64,000 nt of DNA from a virus: the IMG/VR virus record IMGVR_UViG_3300046333_000120; one strand, 5' to 3'. A program made the position numbers and the translations under genes. Each line of letters starts with the position of its first letter. The stretch's first letter is position 1. Under the pieces are notes generated by a model. It made no database searches and had not been told where the DNA came from. It worked only from the letters and a program-made list of their open reading frames with translations. Shown here in pieces: positions 57,236-64,000 of this stretch.

Positions 57236-59803
57236 ATGGCATTAAGTCCTCAATTATTAAATTTTAAGAGCTCAGGTGTTTATAGACTTGAGTTTGATAA
57301 ATCTCAGACCGCTAACGTTAACACTGAGACTCTTAGATTAGTTGTAGGTCACTCTAAAAAAGGACCTTACAATACTCCAGTTTTGATTGATTCACAAGAA
57401 ACATTTAACAATGTTTTTGGTTCAATTGATAAAGGATTAGAAAAGAAAGGAATGTTTTTCCACAGATCATGTTTAGAAGCTCTTACAAGAGGTCCTATCT
57501 TGGCATTAAACTTAGCTAAATTTACTGCAACAGTAGATGTTGCAAATTATCAATCTCTTTCAACAAATGGTTCAGTTGATGGAAATACGTCATCAGAAGG
57601 AACTGGTGATTATAGCAAATTCTTTGATAACGATAAATTTATGACACCTTCAGATACTGCTACATTAGCAGAAATTGCGAATGGTGACAATAACTTATTA
57701 AATTTTGTAAATATTAAACAAGATTCAATTACTATTATAGTAAGACAAGCTGCCTCTGTTAAAGAATTTGATTTAACAACAAGAGAATGGTATGGTGAAG
57801 GAAATGTTCCAGAGCATTTAAATAACTTTGATAAAATGTCAGATTTTATGATTGATGTTTTTGTATTTAAAGGAGAATTTGATGCTGCAACGATGGCAAA
57901 CGATCCAATTTATTCTGCGTATTTCACAGAACAGGGAATTAACAAAAATAAATTAAATGAATTTGCAAATTTAAGACAAGTTAGTTTAATTGCACAGTAC
58001 ACTGGTTCTATTTTACCAGGATTTAAAGATCTTGAAGGTAGAAACTTATATATTGAATCAATTATCAATGCCGAAGCAAGAAGAACAGGTTTATTTTGTG
58101 CGGTTGATGAAAATGCGGTATTAGACGAAACTGGAACTAAAATTGATTTAGTTGGACACATCGTTGATTCATATCAAGATTATGAAATTTTATCACACGT
58201 TACTAAGCAAAACGCAATAGCATCACAACATGATATTGAATTTGATGGCGGTGAAGAAGTAACAGTTTCCGGAAACACTTTAGTAATTACAGATTTAGAT
58301 GTATCCCATGTGAACGATATTACTGAAGGAGAAGATTCATTATACGCGACAGCATCTGGAGAATACACAATAGTTACCAATGTTAATTATGATTCATTAA
58401 CTTCTACATTAACAGTAACATGCTCATCTAATATTAGTATAGCATATAATGGAATTAAAGTAGTAGGAGATACTCTTAACACATTCCACGTATCAAATGA
58501 TAGAGTAACTGCATATATTTTTAATGACTATAACGGTACTTATACAAATGGACTTAATGGAAGCACAAGTTTCACAGTTACTTATTTAAATGCAAACGCT
58601 CCAACAACTTTTCCAATCACAATTGGAGATTATGTAGATGCAGCTGCAAACGATAGAATTGCAAGAGTTAATAGAATCGCAAAAGAAATAGGAACAACAA
58701 ATACTATTTATACAATAGTAACTGATGTTGAACCATCTTACAACGATAGAATAATTAAATCATTTGCAAATGCATCTGATTATTACAAAACATTTGTTCT
58801 TGGAAAAGCTGAAATTACCGTAAAAGAAATAAACCAATATTTATCAGTTCTTTCTTCTGGTAATGGAATTTACAATGCACTTGTTGACAAAGATATTATA
58901 GATTTTAGATATGTTGTAGATACATTTACATCGTATGATGTGACTGGATTAATTAATAAATCAAATCTTTCACAATTAGCTAAAGATAGACAAAATGCTT
59001 CAGCTATATTAAATGCACCAACAATCGAAGATTTTAAAAAATCAAATGATCCTTCGTTCACTGATGAAAATGGAGCATTTAATACATTATATGTAACAAC
59101 AGGAGGAAATCAAGATAAAAATCCTACTAAAGTTTATTCATTACCTAGTATTGCACAAGGAGCAAATTACGCATTCTATTATGGTCCAGGATTAATTGTA
59201 TCGGATAATGGAAAAGATATTATCGTTCCGCCGGCAGCATACATATCTAATAACTTTTTAGATAAATATTCAAACGCATTGCCATGGTCAATTGTTGCAG
59301 GTCCAAGACGTGGAGTTGTTGCAGGTACAAATGTTAAAGGAGTTGAATATTCATTTGATAAAAATGATAGAGATTACCTAGAGCCATTCGGAATTAACCC
59401 TATCGTATTCCAAAGAGGAGTAGGTTTAACTATCTTAGGAAATAAAACAGCACAACAATCTATTAAATCAGCTCTTTCTTCAGCACATGTTAGAGAAGCA
59501 CTTATTTATATTCAAGATGGTATGGCTAATATCTTAAAGGACTATGTATTTGAATTTAATAATACACAAACTAGATTAGAAATTAAAACTCTTGCAGATT
59601 CATTCTTACAAGGTGTTAAACAGGATGGTGGTGTTTATGAATTTAAAAATGTAATGGATAGTACTAATAATACCAATGAAGTTATCGATAACAATATCGG
59701 AATCATCGATACATATGTTGAGCCTGTTAAAGGTTTGGAAATTGTTGTTCACAGAACTACTATTCTTAACACAGGTGAAATACAATCTGGTAACCTAGGT
59801 TAA
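57236..59803 (+). CDS. tail sheath protein, T4 gp18-like
   Basis: SSGVY, KGPYNTP, AGPRRG, INPI, GNKT and FEFN motifs. Confidence 0.92.
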   Translation: MALSPQLLNFKSSGVYRLEFDKSQTANVNTETLRLVVGHSKKGPYNTPVLIDSQETFNNVFGSIDKGLEKKGMFFHRSCLEALTRGPILALNLAKFTATVDVANYQSLSTNGSVDGNTSSEGTGDYSKFFDNDKFMTPSDTATLAEIANGDNNLLNFVNIKQDSITIIVRQAASVKEFDLTTREWYGEGNVPEHLNNFDKMSDFMIDVFVFKGEFDAATMANDPIYSAYFTEQGINKNKLNEFANLRQVSLIAQYTGSILPGFKDLEGRNLYIESIINAEARRTGLFCAVDENAVLDETGTKIDLVGHIVDSYQDYEILSHVTKQNAIASQHDIEFDGGEEVTVSGNTLVITDLDVSHVNDITEGEDSLYATASGEYTIVTNVNYDSLTSTLTVTCSSNISIAYNGIKVVGDTLNTFHVSNDRVTAYIFNDYNGTYTNGLNGSTSFTVTYLNANAPTTFPITIGDYVDAAANDRIARVNRIAKEIGTTNTIYTIVTDVEPSYNDRIIKSFANASDYYKTFVLGKAEITVKEINQYLSVLSSGNGIYNALVDKDIIDFRYVVDTFTSYDVTGLINKSNLSQLAKDRQNASAILNAPTIEDFKKSNDPSFTDENGAFNTLYVTTGGNQDKNPTKVYSLPSIAQGANYAFYYGPGLIVSDNGKDIIVPPAAYISNNFLDKYSNALPWSIVAGPRRGVVAGTNVKGVEYSFDKNDRDYLEPFGINPIVFQRGVGLTILGNKTAQQSIKSALSSAHVREALIYIQDGMANILKDYVFEFNNTQTRLEIKTLADSFLQGVKQDGGVYEFKNVMDSTNNTNEVIDNNIGIIDTYVEPVKGLEIVVHRTTILNTGEIQSGNLG

Positions 59804-59837
59804 TAAGATATATAAAAAAATAAAACATTAATAAAAC

Positions 59838-60392
59838 ATGGCTTTACCACATTATTCACAAGATCAGACATCTAGAAAAGGTAGAAACTTCGAACCTGTA
59901 CAAGGTAATTTATTTGAAGTTACAATTTTACCTCCATCTGGAATCTCAGATGCGCCATTGATGCTTCAACATATTAATTCTATCGGAGGATTAGAATTAT
60001 ATAAAGGAGTTGAAGCGGTAGCACAAAAATATAAATTCGCAACACGTTCATTCGCAGGTATGCCTGGAGAAACATCAGTCGATATTACCCTTAATTTCTC
60101 ATTAAACTTAAATGAAGCAAATCAAGCTTACCTTTACAAGTCAATGAGACAATGGTATAACAAACAATATGATCCTCAAACAGGTGCAATGGGACTTAAA
60201 AGAGATTACGTAGGTACTATTGTTATTGTACAGTTCAATAGAGCTGGAGATATTTATAGAACAGTAACTCTTGAAGATTGTCTTATTACTTCAGGATTAG
60301 GTTTCACAAATGACTTATCATATGATTCAGCAGATCCTGCAACATTAGAGGTAGGTTTTAGATGTGACGTTTGGAAAGAAGATTTAGCATAA
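59838..60392 (+). CDS. tail tube protein, T4 gp19-like
   Basis: NLFEV, QWY...YDP, KRDY and LSYD motifs; follows the sheath gene. Confidence 0.85.
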   Translation: MALPHYSQDQTSRKGRNFEPVQGNLFEVTILPPSGISDAPLMLQHINSIGGLELYKGVEAVAQKYKFATRSFAGMPGETSVDITLNFSLNLNEANQAYLYKSMRQWYNKQYDPQTGAMGLKRDYVGTIVIVQFNRAGDIYRTVTLEDCLITSGLGFTNDLSYDSADPATLEVGFRCDVWKEDLA

Positions 60393-60403
60393 TTATTTCA
60401 TAG

Positions 60404-60436
60404 ATGGGGGATATTTTTAATTATCCCACATTTTTT
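60404..60436 (+). terminator. intrinsic terminator after the tube gene
   Basis: ATGGGGGATA / TATCCCACAT imperfect stem followed by a T-run. Confidence 0.6.
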
Positions 60437-60484
60437 GTGAAACAAAAACATAATATAATGATAATATAATATATAGAAAGTTAA

Positions 60485-60700
60485 ATGGATAAACTTACAA
60501 AAAAGTTACAAGTACTTCTCTCAGAAGACGAAGTATCTTTGATTAATCGAATTATCCTTAATGAAGCAATTGAAAGTGGAGAAAGACCAATTTCAATTTC
60601 TGCATTTATAAGGGAAGTAATAAGAAAAGAAATAGAAGAGAAGGTAAAAGATGACAAGCCTTTTGAAAAAATTGACATTAGAAAACTTAAAGACAAATAA
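60485..60700 (+). CDS. ribbon-helix-helix DNA-binding protein
   Basis: KKLQVLLSEDE strand-helix and SISAFIREVI helix. Confidence 0.6.
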   Translation: MDKLTKKLQVLLSEDEVSLINRIILNEAIESGERPISISAFIREVIRKEIEEKVKDDKPFEKIDIRKLKDK

Positions 60701-60702
60701 AT

Positions 60703-61668
60703 ATGAATAACGAAAATGATTTAAATTTGGAGGATCAATATAAGAATATTGTTCAATCAGATGAGAATACACAAAGCGAAGAAGTTCAAGATAAATCAGT
60801 TAATCCTAATTTAGGTAAGGTTAATATGGAACGTTTTGCAAATCAACGTGCTGAAGGTGCAGATTTCCATTTAGGATATCACGCGATTCCAGTTATTTCA
60901 TTACCATCAGGTGGAATGTTCTATCCTGAAGGAACTGAAATTTCAATACGTTCTGCGAAAGTCGCAGAAGTTAGACACTTTTCAACCATTGATGAAACTA
61001 ATGTATTAGACATTGATGAAAAATTAAATCAAGTTGTAGAATCATGCATACGAATTACATGTACAACTAAAAGATTATCTTACAAAGATATTTTAGAAGA
61101 AGATAGATTCTTTATTATTTTATCTATTAGGGAATTAACATTTCCTGAGCCAGAATCAAGTTTAAAAATTGAACATACTGATAAAAAAGGAGAGAAACAT
61201 GATGTTGAAATTAAAAAAGATTATTTTCAATACTTTAAAATTCCAAGTGAATTAGATAAATATTACGATAACGATGAAAGATCTTTCTTAATTGAAACAA
61301 AATCATTCGGTACTATTTCAATGAGACCACCTGTTATTGGAGTGATGCAAAAGATTACAGGGTATATCAAAGAAAAACAACAAAAGGGTGAAAAGGTAGA
61401 TCAGTCTGTATTACAGATTATACCATATCTTCATCATGATTGGAGAGGATTTAATGACAAAACGTTATTTGATTTTGAAGTTGAATTAAACGGATGGTCA
61501 AGTAAAAAATACAATTTAGTATATACGCTAGCAGAAAAGATGAAAATCGGTATTCAACCAAATATGTTAGTATACTTAGGGGACGAGGAGGAAGAGGTTC
61601 CCATTAGTTTTCGTGACGGCATCAAATCTCTTTTCATTGTTCAAGATATCGCTGGAGAACTTCTTTAA
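60703..61668 (+). CDS. baseplate hub / tail assembly chaperone (gp26-like)
   Basis: LPSGGMFY, DRFFIILSIRELT and MRPP motifs; lies between tube and tape measure. Confidence 0.65.
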   Translation: MNNENDLNLEDQYKNIVQSDENTQSEEVQDKSVNPNLGKVNMERFANQRAEGADFHLGYHAIPVISLPSGGMFYPEGTEISIRSAKVAEVRHFSTIDETNVLDIDEKLNQVVESCIRITCTTKRLSYKDILEEDRFFIILSIRELTFPEPESSLKIEHTDKKGEKHDVEIKKDYFQYFKIPSELDKYYDNDERSFLIETKSFGTISMRPPVIGVMQKITGYIKEKQQKGEKVDQSVLQIIPYLHHDWRGFNDKTLFDFEVELNGWSSKKYNLVYTLAEKMKIGIQPNMLVYLGDEEEEVPISFRDGIKSLFIVQDIAGELL

Positions 61669-61885
61669 GACAAAATTTCATATTTATCTTAAATTACATA
61701 TTCAACCAAGTGAACTTGAGAATTTGGAATATTACGAATTCCATTATTTAGTGAAAGACTTAATAGAGCATATTAAGGCGGAGAATAAACAGAACGAAGG
61801 GCAACAAGATGCAACATCAGGAATGATGGGCAACATGAAAATGCCAAACATGAAAATGCCAAACATGAAAATGCCAAAAATGTAA
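61613..61885 (+). CDS. small tail assembly chaperone-like ORF overlapping the upstream gene (+1 frame; start uncertain)
   Basis: SLENFFKTKF...PSELENLEYYEF pattern typical of small gp51/GT-like proteins. Confidence 0.6.
   Translation: MTASNLFSLFKISLENFFKTKFHIYLKLHIQPSELENLEYYEFHYLVKDLIEHIKAENKQNEGQQDATSGMMGNMKMPNMKMPNMKMPKM
61832..61876 (+). repeat. 15-bp tandem repeat x3 encoding NMKMP
   Basis: AACATGAAAATGCCA repeated three times. Confidence 0.95.
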
Positions 61886-61887
61886 TT

Positions 61888-61913
61888 AAAGGATCCCAAG
61901 TGGATCCTTTTTT
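61888..61913 (+). terminator. intrinsic terminator
   Basis: AAAGGATCC-CAAGT-GGATCCTTT followed by a T-run. Confidence 0.75.
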
Positions 61914-61964
61914 ATTTAGATATATAATGATAGATATTGTATATAAAAAAAAATAGAAACAATA

Positions 61965-64000
61965 GTGACTAACAATTCAAAACAACTTTCAATATTATCA
62001 TCTCCTTTACAGAGAATTGCGGATGCAACAGAATCTTCATCCAATACACTTTTGCAAATTAATCAAGTAGTTGTTAGTATAAATACATATGCTCTTGAAA
62101 CTGTACAAGAACTTAAAAAGCAAACATCAGTTTTATTAGATATTAGAAGCATATTAACAAGACAAAATAAACAATTAGAGAGAGGTGTTGCATCAAAGGG
62201 AGGTCCAACTAATAAAATGTTTAGCCCAATGGATGCCAAAGATGTAGGACTTACTGCATTAATGATAATAGGGGTTGCTGGTGCTATAGTAGGAGCCGCT
62301 GCAATATTCTCACTAATTCCGGTAATAACCATACCACAATTACTAACAGTGTTAGCGGTTGCTGGAGTATTTGCGTTAATTGCTCCATTATTTGTTAGAA
62401 TATCAGATACTCTTGCTAAAAATGCAAGTTTATTGGCAGGAACTAGTGGAGCAGGAAATATAAATCCTGCAAAAACAAGTTCTTTATTTTCATTAGTAGG
62501 TTCAACTGCATTAGTTTTAATGGCGATAGCAGGATCTTTAGTTTTATCTGCTGCAATATTTTCATTAATGCCTATAATTAATCCTGCACAATTATTAATG
62601 GCATTAGCGGTTAGTGTTATAATGATACCTGCTGCGTTTGCATATAGTATGATTTTAAAAGCAACCAAAGATATTAAAAGAGAACAATTAATATTTGCAT
62701 CATTGGCAATTCCATTAATGGCACTTGGTATTGTTGGTGCTGCATATGCATTTATGTTATTACCAACAGGTGATAAGCTTAAAGCTCCTGATCCTTTATG
62801 GGTTCTTAAATCTGCCTTTGCAATTGGATTATATTCTGTTGGATTTTATTTTATCATGAAAGCAATTAAAGGTGCAACTATTAAAGAGCTTGTATATGGA
62901 GCTATTGCAATTCCATTAATGGCACTTGGTATTATGGGAGTTGCTGCAATATTTCAGAATCTCTCACCAGTAGATCAAAGCATGGCCCCTGATCCAATAT
63001 GGGTTCTTAAATCTGCATTTGCAATAGGATTATTTGCTGTAGGATTTTACTTTATTATGAAAGCAATCAAAGGTGCGAGTATTCCTGAACTTATATATGG
63101 AGCTATTGCAATTCCATTAATGGCACTTGGAATTTTAGGTGTTGCATTAATTTTCCAAGGATTATCTGCAATTTCTGAATACATTGCGCCAGATCCAATG
63201 TGGGTTTTAAAGGCTGGATTTGCATTATTAGTATTTAGTATTCCATTCTATTTAGTGTCTAAGTCAGTTAAAGGAATGAATTTAAAAGAGATGCTATTTA
63301 TGGCAATTGCAATACCTATCGTTGCATTTGGAGTTCTTGCAACTGCATGGATTTTTCAAAGTCTTGCAGGAATTAAATTTGAATCACCGGATGCAACATG
63401 GACATTAAAGGCAGGATTATCAATGGTTATATTTGGAGCAATGTTATATTTATCTAGTAAAACAGTTGGAAGATTAAGCCTTAAAGATTTAACAATGGCC
63501 CTTATTGGTGTAGTTGTTACATCATTTGCCATAGTGGCAGTAGCATGGTTATTTCAATTATTACCAAGTAATATGATTACACCTCCACTGGATTGGACTA
63601 CAAATACTGCATTAGCATTAGGTTTAATGGGTGCCGCTATTGTTGTAATGGGAATTGCAGTAACTGCACTAACACCAGCAACCTTATTATTAGGTGCACT
63701 TGGTATTATAGTTGCCGCAATTACAATATTAGCAGTTGGTTGGATTTTATCTGCATTAGCCCCTGCAATGCCAAATTTAGTTACAGTCGCACAGGGAATA
63801 ACATCAGCATTGTTAACACCAATCAATGGTATTATTGATGTATTTGCAAGATTTAAAAATGAAATAGGTATCGAAAACATGATTGGTCTTGCGACTGGTG
63901 TTGCTGCATTAGGAGGAGCATGGTTAATATTCTCAGCCGCGATGGGTGGAGCTAGTGTTGTGGGTGGAATAGGTACTGCAATAGGCGGTTTATTTGAAGG
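61965..64000 (+). CDS. probable tape measure protein, 3'-truncated (absent from the ORF track)
   Basis: GTG at 61965 opens a frame (MTNNSKQLSILSSPLQRIADA...) that appears to run off the window end. It is Ala/Gly/Ile-rich with 67-aa repeats, follows the chaperone genes, and has a late motif at 61919. Confidence 0.7.
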   Translation, partial: MTNNSKQLSILSSPLQRIADATESSSNTLLQINQVVVSINTYALETVQELKKQTSVLLDIRSILTRQNKQLERGVASKGGPTNKMFSPMDAKDVGLTALMIIGVAGAIVGAAAIFSLIPVITIPQLLTVLAVAGVFALIAPLFVRISDTLAKNASLLAGTSGAGNINPAKTSSLFSLVGSTALVLMAIAGSLVLSAAIFSLMPIINPAQLLMALAVSVIMIPAAFAYSMILKATKDIKREQLIFASLAIPLMALGIVGAAYAFMLLPTGDKLKAPDPLWVLKSAFAIGLYSVGFYFIMKAIKGATIKELVYGAIAIPLMALGIMGVAAIFQNLSPVDQSMAPDPIWVLKSAFAIGLFAVGFYFIMKAIKGASIPELIYGAIAIPLMALGILGVALIFQGLSAISEYIAPDPMWVLKAGFALLVFSIPFYLVSKSVKGMNLKEMLFMAIAIPIVAFGVLATAWIFQSLAGIKFESPDATWTLKAGLSMVIFGAMLYLSSKTVGRLSLKDLTMALIGVVVTSFAIVAVAWLFQLLPSNMITPPLDWTTNTALALGLMGAAIVVMGIAVTALTPATLLLGALGIIVAAITILAVGWILSALAPAMPNLVTVAQGITSALLTPINGIIDVFARFKNEIGIENMIGLATGVAALGGAWLIFSAAMGGASVVGGIGTAIGGLFE
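62690..63480 (+). repeat. 201-bp (67-codon) degenerate tandem repeat in the tape measure gene
   Basis: GCAATTCCATTAATGGCACTTGG at 62706, 62907 and 63108, with a degenerate copy at 63309; the PDP codons recur at 62787, 62988 and 63189. Confidence 0.85.

Noticed and set aside
60439-60470. GAAAC...TATAA upstream of the RHH gene as a middle promoter
   Set aside because: The spacing does not fit the 17-18 nt seen in the other copies, so it was not counted.
128-63880. Numerous short minus-strand and alternate-frame ORFs in the ORF track
   Set aside because: They lie inside well-supported + strand genes and are shadow ORFs from codon bias; only 48295..48798 has no competing gene.
1-64000. Stop-codon reassignment as seen in some large phages
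   Set aside because: Core genes are full length in the standard code, and TAG and TGA both serve as real stops (e.g. 9259, 23459, 8604).

Overview
This window is a ~64 kb, very AT-rich segment of a large T4-like (myovirus-type) phage genome in the standard genetic code. Nearly all genes are on the + strand. It carries the core replication and recombination genes: gp32, primase, UvsY/UvsW/UvsX, a two-gene family B DNA polymerase, clamp and loader, gp41, gp46/47, RNase H and a RuvC-like resolvase. It also has an nrdB-HNH-nrdA block, a candidate DNA-glycosylation cluster, a gp55-like sigma factor, and head, packaging and tail genes (portal, protease-scaffold, capsid, terminases, sheath, tube, chaperones, start of the tape measure). 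A Bacteroidota (flavobacterial-like) host is inferred from the lack of Shine-Dalgarno sites, TAnnTTT(G/A)-like boxes and the RNR type. Three recurring promoter-like motifs are visible. Two candidate systems stand out. (1) A virion-cargo system: about 14 T4-internal-protein-like capsid-targeting motifs, plus two apparent polyproteins whose small domains are separated by repeated ES-x-x-NE|A linkers that match prohead-protease sites. The cargo includes a ligase-like enzyme and an HxGH nucleotidyltransferase. (2) A Ro60-like (DUF2828: helical region + vWA) gene followed by a separately promoted and terminated non-coding unit with two end-paired RNAs that share a TACAGCAAA motif, a Y-RNA-like architecture. 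All calls come from motif recognition by eye; no database searches were run.
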